From positions 5,504,001-5,568,000 of the forward strand of contig OZ241917.1 of assembly GCA_965203805.1 (NCBI GenBank): a stretch of 64,000 bases of DNA, written 5' to 3'. Below are positions 27,729-38,083 of the stretch, piece after piece. How positions within the stretch are numbered: position 1 is the first letter of the stretch; each line of letters begins with the position of its first letter. Both the position numbers and the translations under genes were made by a program. This DNA is from Candidatus Latescibacterota bacterium (GTDB lineage Bacteria; Latescibacterota; UBA2968; GCA-2709665). The notes beneath the pieces were generated by a model, which did not search any database, was not told the DNA's origin, and saw only the letters and a list, made by a program, of their open reading frames with translations.

Positions 27729-29522
27729 CTATGTTCTCAGTCGTTCCTCGAGAGCATCGAGTTCCGTCTGAAGTTCCGACGGCAGTCGATTGCCGAATCC
27801 CGCGTAAAACTCGCGGATATCCGGCAGTTCGGCGCGCCAGTCGTCCGGGTTCACGGAAAGCAGTTCCTCGACGTCGGCATCAGGGATGTCCAAGCCGTCC
27901 AGATCCAGGGCTTCGGGCGTGGGCACGAAGCCGATCGGGGTCTCGACCGCGTCGGCGGTTCCGTCTATCCGCTCGCAGATCCACTTGAGTACCCGACTGT
28001 TCTCGCCGAATCCGGGCCAGAGCCAGCCGCCACCGGTGTCTTTGCGGAACCAGTTCACGTAGAAGATCCTGGGCGCGTTGTCGCCCAGCCTGGCGCCGAT
28101 TTTGAACCAGTGGCTGAAATAGTCGCCCATATTATAGCCGCAGAATGGAAGCATTGCAAAGGGGTCTCTCCGCAGCTTGCCCACCGCCCCGGCAGCGGCG
28201 GCCGTGGTTTCGGACGCCATGATGGAGCCCAGGAAGACGCCGTGCCTCCAGTTCAATGCCTCGAATACGAGAGGGACGACCGTGGAGCGCCTGCCGCCGA
28301 AGATAAAGGCGGACATGGGGACCCCATCCGGATTCTCCCATTCCGGGTCGATAACGGGGCACTGCGCGGCGGGGGCGGTGTATCTCGCATTGGGATTCGA
28401 TGCCTTGTCGTCCGACGCCGGGGTCCAGGCGCGCCCGAGCCAGTCTTCCAGTTGGGGCGGCGGGTCGTCCGTCATCTCTTCCCACCAGACGTCGCCTTCC
28501 GGGGTGAGCGCCGTGTTGGTGAAGAGGCTGTTCTTTTCAAGGGCGGCCATGGCGTGCCCGTTGGACTTCATGCTGGTACCCGGAGCGACACCGAAGAATC
28601 CGGCTTCGGGGTTGATCGCCCGCAGCCTGCCGTCGGGGTCCTGGCGCATCCACGCGATGTCGTCGCCGACGCAACTGGCCTTCCAGCCCGGGACCGTGGG
28701 CTGCAGCATGGCCAGGTTCGTTTTTCCGCACGCGGACGGAAAGGCGGCCCCGATGTAATGTTTCCTGTTCGCGGGCGACGTGAGACCCAGGATGAGCATG
28801 TGCTCGGCCATCCAGCCCTCGTCCCGCGCCATGGTCGAAGCGATCCGGAGAGCGAAACATTTCTTGCCGAGCAGCGCATTGCCGCCGTAGCCCGAGCCGT
28901 AGGACCAGATGGACGGCTCGTCGGGGAAGTGGACGATGTATTTCTGATTGGCGTCGCAGGGCCACGACACATCGGCCTGACCGGGCTCGAGGGGGGCGCC
29001 CACGGAATGCATGCAGGGAAGAAAGTCGCCGTCGGCGAGCGCATGCAGCACTGCGTCGCCCGTCCGGGTCATGATGAACATGCTGCAAACGACGTACGGC
29101 GAGTCAGAGATTTCGACGCCGATCTTGGACGTGGCCGAACCGATCGGCCCCATGGAGAACGGGATGACGTACATCGTCCGTCCGCGCATGGAACCGGCGA
29201 ACAGTCCCTTCAACGTGCGTTTCATCCCAACGGGTTCGCGCCAGTTGTTGGTGGGGCCCACGTCTTCTTCGATCGGAGTACAGATATACGTGCGGTCTTC
29301 CACCCGCGCGACGTCGCCGGCGTCCGAACGGGCGAGAAAGCTGTTGGGCCGCCGGTCCGGATTCAGCCGGATAAAGGTTCCCGCACGGCACAGCACGTCG
29401 GCAAGCCGATCGTACTCTTCCCGGGATCCGTTGCACCAGTAAACGTCATCAGGTTGGCAGAGTTTCGCGGCTTCGTCGACCCAGTTCAGCAGTTTACGGT
29501 TCGTGGTACGTGCGTTTCTCAT
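27729..29522 (-). CDS. pckG: Phosphoenolpyruvate carboxykinase (GTP)
   Basis: [59 protein letters not shown]. Confidence 0.97.
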   Translation of the reverse strand: MRNARTTNRKLLNWVDEAAKLCQPDDVYWCNGSREEYDRLADVLCRAGTFIRLNPDRRPNSFLARSDAGDVARVEDRTYICTPIEEDVGPTNNWREPVGMKRTLKGLFAGSMRGRTMYVIPFSMGPIGSATSKIGVEISDSPYVVCSMFIMTRTGDAVLHALADGDFLPCMHSVGAPLEPGQADVSWPCDANQKYIVHFPDEPSIWSYGSGYGGNALLGKKCFALRIASTMARDEGWMAEHMLILGLTSPANRKHYIGAAFPSACGKTNLAMLQPTVPGWKASCVGDDIAWMRQDPDGRLRAINPEAGFFGVAPGTSMKSNGHAMAALEKNSLFTNTALTPEGDVWWEEMTDDPPPQLEDWLGRAWTPASDDKASNPNARYTAPAAQCPVIDPEWENPDGVPMSAFIFGGRRSTVVPLVFEALNWRHGVFLGSIMASETTAAAAGAVGKLRRDPFAMLPFCGYNMGDYFSHWFKIGARLGDNAPRIFYVNWFRKDTGGGWLWPGFGENSRVLKWICERIDGTADAVETPIGFVPTPEALDLDGLDIPDADVEELLSVNPDDWRAELPDIREFYAGFGNRLPSELQTELDALEERLRT

Positions 29523-29546
29523 TCTACTCCTTCCAGGCTTTGCGTT

Positions 29547-30584
29547 TTAGTCTGCGTACGCCAGGTCTTCGAGAACAGAGGCGTCCGAGACGCGGTTTGA
29601 AATGTCCACATTGAAGAATTGTTCGATGGGCGCAAAGAGTTCAGGGTTATTGTCCTGCACGGTTCGCGCGATTTCAAGCACCTGGTTCAGACCGCCCCGG
29701 TTCATCCGGCCAAGCGGCCGCCGGCACGGTCCGGCCGGCATGCCGAGGATATTCATCAACGTCTTTATGGGCACGGGGTTGCGGGCTTTGACCTGCGTCG
29801 TTCCGAAGGCCGTCTCTTCGTCCGAAAGGACGGTGACCATTCCGAAGAGGGGTTTGAGCGCGTCCGCAAGGCGGTCCGCTTCATCCATATCGCCTTTGAG
29901 GATCGCCTGCGTGAAACGCTGAATGGGACCGGGGACCACGTTGGACATCACGGAAATGACTCCGGCTGCGCGGATTCGGGCGTCGGTCATCATGGCGTAG
30001 GTGATGTCGTCGTCCCCTGAGAGAATGTAGAAGTCGTCCCCGCAGACTTCACGCGTCCGGGCCATATTTTTCAGGTCGCCCGTGGCTTCTTTGACGGCGT
30101 TCACGTTGTCGCAGCCGCGGTGCAGAATGGCCAGGTCTTCCGGGAGCAGTTTCGTTCCCGAGCGTCCCGGAATGACGTAGGAGACCATCTGAATCTCGGG
30201 AAAGGCTTCCGCGACGGGCGCGACGTATTCCCGGCGGATTTCAAGCGAACTGGGACCGTTGTAATAGGGATCCACCAGCAGGGCGGTATCGGCGCCGGCG
30301 TGCGCGGCGTGCTCCGTGGCGCGCAGCGTTTCCTCCGTGGAATTCCCTCCGGTGCCGGCAATGGCGCGGCACTTCCCCCGGGCCAGCGCGCAGACCCGAT
30401 CCGTGACGCTGTTGTGTTCTCCACTGTTGAGGGTTGGACTTTCGCCGGTGGTACCCACCGCCAGAACGCCGCTGACACCCTGTGATATCTGGAAATCGAC
30501 CAGCTTTTCCAACCCCGGTTCGTCCACGCCTTTGTCGGCGTCCAGGGGAGTGATGAGGGCCGTATAACACCCGCTGAATAACAT
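29547..30584 (-). CDS. dapA: 4-hydroxy-tetrahydrodipicolinate synthase
   Basis: ALITP, GTTGESPTL, PYYN, VKEATG, LSGDD, NPVPIK. Confidence 0.93.
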   Translation of the reverse strand: MLFSGCYTALITPLDADKGVDEPGLEKLVDFQISQGVSGVLAVGTTGESPTLNSGEHNSVTDRVCALARGKCRAIAGTGGNSTEETLRATEHAAHAGADTALLVDPYYNGPSSLEIRREYVAPVAEAFPEIQMVSYVIPGRSGTKLLPEDLAILHRGCDNVNAVKEATGDLKNMARTREVCGDDFYILSGDDDITYAMMTDARIRAAGVISVMSNVVPGPIQRFTQAILKGDMDEADRLADALKPLFGMVTVLSDEETAFGTTQVKARNPVPIKTLMNILGMPAGPCRRPLGRMNRGGLNQVLEIARTVQDNNPELFAPIEQFFNVDISNRVSDASVLEDLAYAD

Positions 30585-30633
30585 GGGGTCACCTCCAGGT
30601 GGAATTGGGGGAAACCGGAAACCCCATCAGGGC

Positions 30634-30680
30634 AAAAAAAACAGCCGGTTCCCGAAGAGGATGGAGGCAAGGCCGGCCGT
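30634..30680 (-). terminator. Intrinsic terminator forming the riboswitch expression platform
   Basis: Minus strand ACGGCCGG...CCGGCTGT followed by a U8 tract, between the aptamer and dapA. Confidence 0.7.
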
Positions 30681-30701
30681 GCAAGTTCCAGCATGGATGG
30701 C

Positions 30702-30878
30702 GCAAGAGAGCGCTCCACGGAGGTTTCCGTGACAGTCCAGCGGATCTTATCCGAGTGGACCAGCCCCGTTCTGCGGCGGAGCAGATTCGGGACTTCGGCA
30801 GGCTTCCCCTTTCACCGATGCGATGGTTACGCCTCGTTATCACCGGGTACTTTTGAAAACCTGCGCCTCTACCCTTGC
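30702..30878 (-). ncRNA. Lysine riboswitch aptamer
   Basis: Minus strand GCAAGGGT-AGAGGCGC...AAGTA...GAAAGGGGAAGCCTGCCGAAG...GGCTGG...CTGTC...GGAGCGCT-CTCTTGC, with P1 closing, upstream of dapA. Confidence 0.92.
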
Positions 30879-30890
30879 CTGTCGGAAGAC

Positions 30891-30919
30891 AAATTAGCCA
30901 ATGGTCAGGCCTGTGTCAA
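30891..30919 (-). promoter_or_regulatory. Sigma70-type promoter for the riboswitch/dapA operon
   Basis: Minus strand TTGACA-17 nt-TAATTT just upstream of the aptamer. Confidence 0.7.
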
Positions 30920-31099
30920 GTGGAAAGATGGAACGCGGAACCCCACGTCGGGTGATCGAGGGGGACCGGGACGCCCGTCAAGTCGCGAAATGTGCGATCT
31001 GTCGACCTGTTTTCACTTTTCTTTGTCCACTCCGTAGCCTATATTCCGTCTTTCGGTTTCCGGCGGTCTGTCGGCCATGAACGGGCTGCCCGCCGGCTA

Positions 31100-31294
31100 A
31101 CAGCCCGTTGATAAAGTCCATCCGGTCTGCGTCCGGCCCTTGTGACCGAAATACGGCGTTGCCTGCCTGCGCCAAGCGAAGCGCGGCAGGCAGGCGCTCC
31201 CTCCCCGAATCCAGGGATTCGCGTCGGTCACGCGCCTTGTCTTCGGCCACAATGACTCGGCCTCGCCTGCAGAGCGACTTTTTCAACGGACTGC
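31100..31294. mobile_element. MITE with CAGCCCGTTGA...TCAACGGACTG ends, carrying a 33-bp nested palindrome
   Basis: Near-identical to 37919-38080 apart from the insert at 31162-31194; TA flanks. Confidence 0.88.
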
Positions 31295-31320
31295 TATGGC
31301 TATCCCACGGAAGGATGATT

Positions 31321-32568
31321 ATGCATCCCGGTGAACCGCAGCGATATACGTTGAATAATGGAATAGAGGTCGTCGCCGAGTCCATGCCCGGCGCTCAATC
31401 CGTTGTGGTTGGGTTCCGTTTCGGCTTCGGGGCGAAAGACGACCCTGCCGACCGGCTGGGCCTGGCCTGGGTCGCCGAAGAAACGCTTCTGAAGGGCACG
31501 TCGACGCGGGACGCGCGCTCGATCTACGACGCCTTCGATTCCCTGGGCGTACGACGCGGCTCCGCGACGGCCGTTGAATTCACGGAATTCCAGGCGCAGC
31601 TCCTGCCCAGGCATTTTACCGAAGGCCTCAGGCTTTACGCCGAAGTGTTCCGCAGCGCATCATTTCCCGATGAACAGGTTGAGGTGACGAAAGCGCTTGC
31701 GCTAGAGGAACTGAAGCGACTGGAAGACAATCCGACGCATCAGGTTATGTATATGGCCTATCAGGCCGCGTTGGGGGATCCGATGGGGCGGAATCCGCTG
31801 GGAGAAGCCCCGACGATTACCGCCATCGACCCGTCCGACGTCCGAGGTTTCTGGCGGCGGCTGTGCGGCCCGCAGCGTCTTCTGATTTCTGTGGCCGGCG
31901 GACTGAAGGCGGAAGAGATGTTCAGCGGCCTGGAGGAGGCTTTCGGCGACTGGAGCGGGTCCTGGCCGGCGCCCGGCGATCCGCAACCGGTGTCCGTGGC
32001 GGATCGGTCCGTACACCATCCCAAGGAATCCGAGCAGGCCCACATCGGCATTCTTTTTGCGGCCGCGCCGCGGGGCCACGAGTACTACTATCCCGCCCAG
32101 TTGGCGGTGTCCGTACTCTCGGGCAGCGGGTCCAGCCGGCTGTTCACGGAGGTCAGGGAGAAGCGGGGGCTGGCGTACAGTGTCTCGGCCTCTTACCGGG
32201 CGCGTCGGGGGGGCGGTCTGATTGCGCTGTACGCCGGCACCACGGCCGAACGCGCGGATGAAACCCTTGCCGTGTGCCGGCGTGAGGTCGGGAGGCTCGC
32301 AGAGGACGTGACGCAGGCCGAACTCGACCGGGCGAAGACCGTCCTGAAGGGTCAGTTGTTCACGACCGGCGATTTGCCGGAAGGCCGCGCGGGCAGTATG
32401 ATGGACGGCCTGTTTCTGGACGGGCGGCCGCGTTCCATTCACCAGATTGCGGCAGGGATTGACGGCGTGACGCTGGACCTGGTGCCGGCCTGTCTCGATG
32501 CGTATCCGCCGTCGCCGGCCACGCTCGTTACACTGGGGCCGCGAGCCCTGGACGTACAGCGTACCTGA
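31321..32568 (+). CDS. M16 (pitrilysin) family protein, non-catalytic subunit
   Basis: M16 fold (SSRLFTEVREKRGLAYSV), but HxxEH is replaced by WVAEE. Confidence 0.88.
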   Translation: MHPGEPQRYTLNNGIEVVAESMPGAQSVVVGFRFGFGAKDDPADRLGLAWVAEETLLKGTSTRDARSIYDAFDSLGVRRGSATAVEFTEFQAQLLPRHFTEGLRLYAEVFRSASFPDEQVEVTKALALEELKRLEDNPTHQVMYMAYQAALGDPMGRNPLGEAPTITAIDPSDVRGFWRRLCGPQRLLISVAGGLKAEEMFSGLEEAFGDWSGSWPAPGDPQPVSVADRSVHHPKESEQAHIGILFAAAPRGHEYYYPAQLAVSVLSGSGSSRLFTEVREKRGLAYSVSASYRARRGGGLIALYAGTTAERADETLAVCRREVGRLAEDVTQAELDRAKTVLKGQLFTTGDLPEGRAGSMMDGLFLDGRPRSIHQIAAGIDGVTLDLVPACLDAYPPSPATLVTLGPRALDVQRT

Positions 32569-32590
32569 GCAGAATGACGGGGAGATTTCC

Positions 32591-33823
32591 ATGCAGTCAA
32601 TGTTTTCCACCCACACGCTCGATAACGGTCTTCAACTGGTATTTGAGGCGATTCCCAGGATAAACTCCGCAGCACTGGGATTCTACGTTCATACCGGCTC
32701 GCGCGACGAGCCCGCACACCTGGCCGGCGTGTCGCATTTTCTGGAACATATGTGCTTCAAGGGAACGGCAAGCCGGGACTGGCGCCAGCTGAGTCTCGAC
32801 GTCGACGATCTGGGTGCGATGTGGAACGCGTATACCTGGTGGGAGGGCACGGCCTATTTTCACTGGGTTCAGAGCGAACGGGCTGCGAATTCGGCGGAAA
32901 TCCTGGCCGACATGATGCGGTCCACGCTGCCGGAAGACCAGTTCGACATGGAGAAGAAAGTCATCCTCGAAGAGATCTCGATGTACCGCGATCGGCCCGA
33001 CGCGTTGATTATCGACGAACTGATTCAGGAAGCGTTCGCGGGCCACCCGCTCGGACAGAGCGTACTTGGCACCGAGCACACCGTCGGGTCGATCTCCCGG
33101 GAGCAGATGTCGGGATATTTCGGGGATCGATACGCGCCGGACAACATGTCGTTCGTCGTGACCGGCAGATTCGACCGTGACGAGATGATTCGCGTGGCTG
33201 ACGCGCAATGCGGCGCCTGGAAACCGAGTGAGGCGGCTCGGGAGCAGGTGACGCCGGAATTCCGGCCCTGCAGGCGTGTTCTGGAGCGTCCGAACGTGAT
33301 CCGGGAGCACATCGCCATGGCCTGGCCCGCGCCGTGCGAATCCGATGAATGGGCTGCGACTGCCGATCTGCTTTCCCACTACCTGGGCGCGGCCACCAAC
33401 AGCCGCCTGTTCTGGTCCGTCGTCCAGCAGGGGCTGGCTGACGAGGCGTCGGCTGATTTCTACGGCTTCAGCGACACCGGTCTGTTCTATGTGTACGTCT
33501 CGGTCGACCCGAAGAACGTCTCGCGGGTGCTGGAAATCGTGCAGCGGGAAATCGACGCCCTTAAGCGGGGTGTGGACGGGGAGGCCCTTGCGAGGTCCAG
33601 AACGAGACAGGCGACCGCCCTCGTGATCGGGGGCGAGCACGGCCTCCGGCGGTTCTCGCAGATCGTTGGAAGCCTGAGTACCGGTACGCCGCTGAAAACA
33701 CTGGAAGAGGAGCTGGCCGAGATCGACGCCGTGACGCCGAAACGGGTCGCCGAATACCTGGAGCGTTACCCGCTGGATGGGGAAGCGGCGATGGTCGCGC
33801 TCGGGCCGTTGACATCCATTTGA
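32591..33823 (+). CDS. M16 (pitrilysin) metallopeptidase, catalytic subunit
   Basis: GVSHFLEHMCFKG, WNAYT, EKKVILEE. Confidence 0.92.
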   Translation: MQSMFSTHTLDNGLQLVFEAIPRINSAALGFYVHTGSRDEPAHLAGVSHFLEHMCFKGTASRDWRQLSLDVDDLGAMWNAYTWWEGTAYFHWVQSERAANSAEILADMMRSTLPEDQFDMEKKVILEEISMYRDRPDALIIDELIQEAFAGHPLGQSVLGTEHTVGSISREQMSGYFGDRYAPDNMSFVVTGRFDRDEMIRVADAQCGAWKPSEAAREQVTPEFRPCRRVLERPNVIREHIAMAWPAPCESDEWAATADLLSHYLGAATNSRLFWSVVQQGLADEASADFYGFSDTGLFYVYVSVDPKNVSRVLEIVQREIDALKRGVDGEALARSRTRQATALVIGGEHGLRRFSQIVGSLSTGTPLKTLEEELAEIDAVTPKRVAEYLERYPLDGEAAMVALGPLTSI

Positions 33824-33838
33824 ACGGCGACGGACGGG

Positions 33839-35062
33839 TCAGGCGTAGCGGGCGAGGACGTCGTCGAGGGAGCGGGCGGGTTTGAAAAAGGAAAGGACGC
33901 GCAGCAGCACGGCGTCGACAATAGCGTCCGGGCAGGAAGCGCCTGATGTCAGCGCCATGCTCAAGGGACGATTTTCCGGAATCCAGTCCGTCGTCAAGGC
34001 GGTTTTTTTTGTTCCAAGGTTGAAGTGGCGGATCATGGATTCCGAACGGATCTCATCGGCGTCCTTGATGAAATAGGTGGGCATCCGTTCGAGGCAGAGC
34101 TCCACAATGTGCGACGTGTTGGACGAGTTGTAACCGCCGACGACGAGCGCCAGGTCGGCGTCCTGGTCCACCAGGGCATAGGTCGCATTCTGGTTTTCAT
34201 TGGTCGCGTAGCAGAGCGTATCCGACGTGTCGGCGTAGTGATTTTGCAGGTTTGCCTCACCGTAACGGTCCGCGAGGGCTTCGCGGATGACCTCGGCGAT
34301 CTGTCTCGTCTCGGCAGCCAGCATGGTGGTCTGATTGACGATTCCGATGCGCTCGAGGTGCAGGTCCGGATCGAAGCCTTCGGAGCACTTGTGGCCGAAT
34401 CGCGCGAAGAAAGCGTCACGGTCTGAGGCGCCCCGGATGAAGTCGGCGAGAATATGCGTCTCATCCACGTCCATGACCACAACCGTTGGCGCGTTTCGGA
34501 CGCTGTGGGAGAAGGTGGCGCGGGTTTCCTGGTGGGTGTCGTTACCGTGCACGACCACCGAAAATCCCGAATCGCCCAGTTTGGCGCTGCGGTTCCAGAC
34601 CCGCTCCACAAAGGGGCACGTCGTGTTGTAGGTGTAGGCGTCGATACCGCGGGCGGCAAGGGCTTCCTGGATCTCCAGGGTGGTGCCGAACGCGGGCACC
34701 ACAACGATGTCTTCCTGTGAAAAATGTTCCCATGGGATGAGTTGCATTCCGTAGGGGTCGAAAATAAACTCCACGCCCCGGTCCTTCAGGTCGTTGTTGA
34801 CGTTCGAATTGTGAATCATCTCATTGAGGAAATAGATGCGTCGATCCGGGTGCTCGTCCAGGGTCTTGTAAGCGATCTCAATTGCGTTTTCCACCCCGAA
34901 ACAGAACCCGAAGTGCCGGGCCAGCAGAAACCGTACCGGGCCGAAGTCGAGGACCGAAGGCGAGAGGTCCCGTTTGCGCATGTCCTGCATCTGCCTGAAC
35001 GCCTTTACGCGTGAGATAACAGGACTCTTGTAGAAGTCGGGAATGTCGAACTGGCGTGCCAT
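33839..35062 (-). CDS. ispH: 4-hydroxy-3-methylbut-2-enyl diphosphate reductase
   Basis: FGFCFGVENA, MIHN, PAFG, TTCPFV, NQTT, TLCYATNENQ, GGYNSSNT, TSGASCPD. Confidence 0.95.
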   Translation of the reverse strand: MARQFDIPDFYKSPVISRVKAFRQMQDMRKRDLSPSVLDFGPVRFLLARHFGFCFGVENAIEIAYKTLDEHPDRRIYFLNEMIHNSNVNNDLKDRGVEFIFDPYGMQLIPWEHFSQEDIVVVPAFGTTLEIQEALAARGIDAYTYNTTCPFVERVWNRSAKLGDSGFSVVVHGNDTHQETRATFSHSVRNAPTVVVMDVDETHILADFIRGASDRDAFFARFGHKCSEGFDPDLHLERIGIVNQTTMLAAETRQIAEVIREALADRYGEANLQNHYADTSDTLCYATNENQNATYALVDQDADLALVVGGYNSSNTSHIVELCLERMPTYFIKDADEIRSESMIRHFNLGTKKTALTTDWIPENRPLSMALTSGASCPDAIVDAVLLRVLSFFKPARSLDDVLARYA

Positions 35063-35135
35063 GATTCGGCTCCGGCCTGTGAATCGGACCAACCCCGGCA
35101 AGCAATGAGCCGGGGGGCCCGCCATATCCGCACCG

Positions 35136-35582
35136 CTATCGCCCGGTGCTCCCGAACCCGCCCCGGTCGGGCGCGCCGAGGGTTTCGGTCTCTGTCCAGT
35201 CGGCCTGGACGATACGGACGAAAATCCCCTGTGCGAGCCGTTCCCGGCGCTGGACGCTCACCGGACGACCTGTAAAATTGTAGACCTGGACGTGGATCTC
35301 GTCATTGGGACCCCGGTAATCCTGATCGACAATGCCCACGCCGTTCGGTACCATCAGGCCTTTTCTGTGCGGCAGGCTGCTGCGGGCTGCCAGCAGGAGC
35401 ATGTAACCGGGAGGTACCGCAACGATGAGATTGGCCGGAACAAGACGAATTTCGCCCGGCGGGACGACCATGTCTTTCCGGCAGAGCAGATCGAATCCGA
35501 CCGAACCCGATGTCTGATGGCGCGGCAGAGGCAGCGTCGGGTCTACTCGTCTGACCTGGATTTTCTTGACTGACTCGCTCAG
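35136..35582 (-). CDS. dut: dUTP diphosphatase, probably initiating at CTG
   Basis: SVGFDL (motif 1) lies upstream of the first ATG; ARSS, NGVGIVDQDYRG, RLAQ, RGGFGSTG; AAAGGA 9 nt before CTG. Confidence 0.9.
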   Translation of the reverse strand: MSESVKKIQVRRVDPTLPLPRHQTSGSVGFDLLCRKDMVVPPGEIRLVPANLIVAVPPGYMLLLAARSSLPHRKGLMVPNGVGIVDQDYRGPNDEIHVQVYNFTGRPVSVQRRERLAQGIFVRIVQADWTETETLGAPDRGGFGSTGR

Positions 35583-35621
35583 TGTCGCGCTTCCTTTCCG
35601 GGCTGGCTTGTCGACGTGTCA

Positions 35622-35650
35622 ATGTTAACCATCGAGTCGCGGGCTGTCAA
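35622..35650 (-). promoter_or_regulatory. Sigma70-type promoter for dut-ispH
   Basis: Minus strand TTGACA-17 nt-TAACAT. Confidence 0.65.
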
Positions 35651-35898
35651 TAGTTTTCCTGAAATCAGCGATGGATTCCGTCGAATCGTCCTGCCGTTAT
35701 GGCTTGACTTTCCGGTACCCCGTTGCAATCATATACCGCGTCTGCGACCGGTGCGACAGCGCATACCCGCGGTACCCCGCCGGCGTCCGACGGGCGTTTC
35801 GCGACCACGTGCGGCGCGGGGGTCCGGGCGGGTTTCTTCGACGATCCTCAAACGTCGTGGATGCAGGGTTGAAGTGAGATCCAAAAGGTGAATGAGGG

Positions 35899-37887
35899 AT
35901 GGAAAGTCGATACGAGCAATGGAAGCGTCACCTGCTGCCACTGCCTCACGAGATTGCGATCCAGGGCGATATTGAATGTCGGCCCGAACAGGTTTCGATT
36001 GCGGTAAGGCCCGGAGCGGGCGCGGTCGAGAGGCATGCGGCCGCGACGCTGGAACGCCTGTGCCTGCCTGCAGCGCAGGGCACTGCGCAGGCAGGCGCCG
36101 CCGGCAAAGGCGCGATGCCCGCGCCCGCCGCTTTCGAAGTCTCGATCGGGCTGGTGGAACGCGGTCCGGACGCGGATCTGCTGCGGGGGTTGCCTAATTG
36201 CGGTCAGGCGTATACGATCCGGCCGGAGGGGCGGCGGCGCCTGGCGCTTGCCGCGCTGTCCGAACCCGGAATTTCGTATGCGGCCCGGACGCTCTGCCAA
36301 CTGCTGGAACCAATGCTGACGCCCGGAAGCATCCGCATCCCGCTCGTCTCGGTGACCGATTGGCCGGATCTGGACGAACGCGGCATGTGGAACTTTCCAC
36401 CGCCGGAGGAGTGGATTCCGTGGATGGCGTCGATGAAATTGAACTACGGCAAAATGGCATCCACGGAACTGTCCAGGGTGGCGCGAGGGAAGTCCAACCG
36501 CGCCAGGATCGACGCGGCGCTGATGGAAAAGGCGCGTCTGCTGGGATTTCACTATGTGCCGATGATCACCCATCTGAATTTCCTGCATGAACGCGGCCTG
36601 TACCGCGCCTATCCCGAGTTGGCGGGCAGGGGCGACGGGGCGCTGGCCGGGCGGTATTTCGCCCACAAGCAAGGCAAACAGCATCGAGCGCCCTGCGCAT
36701 CCAATCCTCTGCTTGTGGATATATTGGCCGAGTGGATGTCGGACATCGCGTCCCAGGGCGCGCTGGAGGTGGGCTGCTGGCTGACCGAGCGGCCCGCCCA
36801 GTGTGAATGCGACGATTGCACGTCACGCGGGCAGTTTGTGCTCGAAGCCAGGGCGTTCGTGCGCGCCTGGAAGCGGATGCGCCCCAGATACCCCGAGTTC
36901 AACATTCGCGTGTTTCTCTCGACCACGACATCTGAGCGGGATTACCGGGTCGTGGCGGAGTTGCCGCCAGAGGTCAAGATCGAACGGGCATGCGCAACCG
37001 AAATGGAGCGCGTGCCGCACCTGCCCCGGGATCTCACGGCCAATCCCCTTCTGGATCACCTTGCGTCGCAGGGTCGCTGGATCGCCAGCTACGACGTGCC
37101 GATCAACGCGAACGGAAGGGTGGATACACCCGAATTCAAGGTTCCGCAGTCGTCACCGCATCGGATCCGGGACTACGTGGGTCAGCTGATTCGCAGGCAA
37201 TACAGCGGGGCCTACGGAATGATGGCGTGGGCCACCAGGGGCAAGGAGACGTGCGGGTACAACGTCGCGGCCCTGGCGGAATATTCGTGGAACCTGAACG
37301 GACGCAGCGAAAGGGAGTTCGCCGTGGCTTGGGCCACGCGGGAAGGGTATCGGGACGCCGACGCGTTCGGAGAATGGTCGGAACGGACGGGGCCGGTGGC
37401 GTTCGATGTCTACGATTCGGATTTCCCGATCTGTTATTCCTGGGGCAAAGCGGCTGAGATGATTCGGCGGAAAGAGCGACCGTATCTCGGCGAAGGCATG
37501 TTCCGCTATTTTGAAGATGAACCGGCCTTTGAGCGGAAGGTCGACGCGTGCCGCCAGGCAATCCGGATCGCTTCTGAATTCGAGCGTCCGCATCGCGCGA
37601 ATGAGACACGCGTGGTGATGACCTACGTGGAACTTGCCCGGTGCGTCTATCGCGTCGCGGAACAGGTGGCGACGCGCGACCTGGCTGACGCTGACGTTCA
37701 AACCCAGCTTCATGCCGCGCTTGAATCGCTCGAAAAAGCAGGCCGGGACAACGTTGCGGCGATCCGGAACTGGCGGGCGGCGCTGGGACCGGAACCGTGG
37801 CACGTTCGCGTCCACGATGCGATTCGAGGTACGGAGACAACCGTTGGCGAGATTGCGGGGTTCCTTCGCGATCGATATCTGTATTAA
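35899..37887 (+). CDS. Hypothetical protein with a GH20 domain-2-like N-terminus (putative glycoside hydrolase-like)
   Basis: LLPLPHEI...QAYTI...GISYAARTLCQL...VTDWPDLDERGMW...MKLN. Confidence 0.65.
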   Translation: MESRYEQWKRHLLPLPHEIAIQGDIECRPEQVSIAVRPGAGAVERHAAATLERLCLPAAQGTAQAGAAGKGAMPAPAAFEVSIGLVERGPDADLLRGLPNCGQAYTIRPEGRRRLALAALSEPGISYAARTLCQLLEPMLTPGSIRIPLVSVTDWPDLDERGMWNFPPPEEWIPWMASMKLNYGKMASTELSRVARGKSNRARIDAALMEKARLLGFHYVPMITHLNFLHERGLYRAYPELAGRGDGALAGRYFAHKQGKQHRAPCASNPLLVDILAEWMSDIASQGALEVGCWLTERPAQCECDDCTSRGQFVLEARAFVRAWKRMRPRYPEFNIRVFLSTTTSERDYRVVAELPPEVKIERACATEMERVPHLPRDLTANPLLDHLASQGRWIASYDVPINANGRVDTPEFKVPQSSPHRIRDYVGQLIRRQYSGAYGMMAWATRGKETCGYNVAALAEYSWNLNGRSEREFAVAWATREGYRDADAFGEWSERTGPVAFDVYDSDFPICYSWGKAAEMIRRKERPYLGEGMFRYFEDEPAFERKVDACRQAIRIASEFERPHRANETRVVMTYVELARCVYRVAEQVATRDLADADVQTQLHAALESLEKAGRDNVAAIRNWRAALGPEPWHVRVHDAIRGTETTVGEIAGFLRDRYLY

Positions 37888-37918
37888 CCGGAGGCGAACG
37901 GCGCCTTCAGGGAACTAA

Positions 37919-38080
37919 GCAGCCCGTTGAAAGAGTCCATCCGGGCTGCGTTCGGCCCTTGTGGCCGAAATACGGCGTTGCGCTCCCTCCCCGAATCCAG
38001 GGATTCGCGTCGGTCGCGCGCCTTGTCTTCGGCCACAATGACTCGACCTCGCCTGCAGAGCGACTTTTTCAACGGACTGT
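37919..38080. mobile_element. 162-bp MITE, second copy of the 31100 family
   Basis: GCAGCCCGTTGAAA ... TTTCAACGGACTGT terminal inverted repeats; long internal hairpin. Confidence 0.88.
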
Positions 38081-38083
38081 TAG

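Noticed and set aside
27684-29600. Long + strand ORF (638 aa), and similar long ORFs at 18779-20788, 17259-19100, 4763-6013 and 57539-58756
   Set aside because: Antisense or alternate-frame shadows of well-supported genes in high-GC DNA, with no motifs of their own.
31108-31320. N-terminal extension of the M16 protein in the ORF track
   Set aside because: It is read-through of the MITE; M16 similarity and an RBS begin at about 31321.
35671-35877. 68-aa ORF with CxxC
   Set aside because: Overlaps the divergent promoter region, with no RBS or recognisable family.
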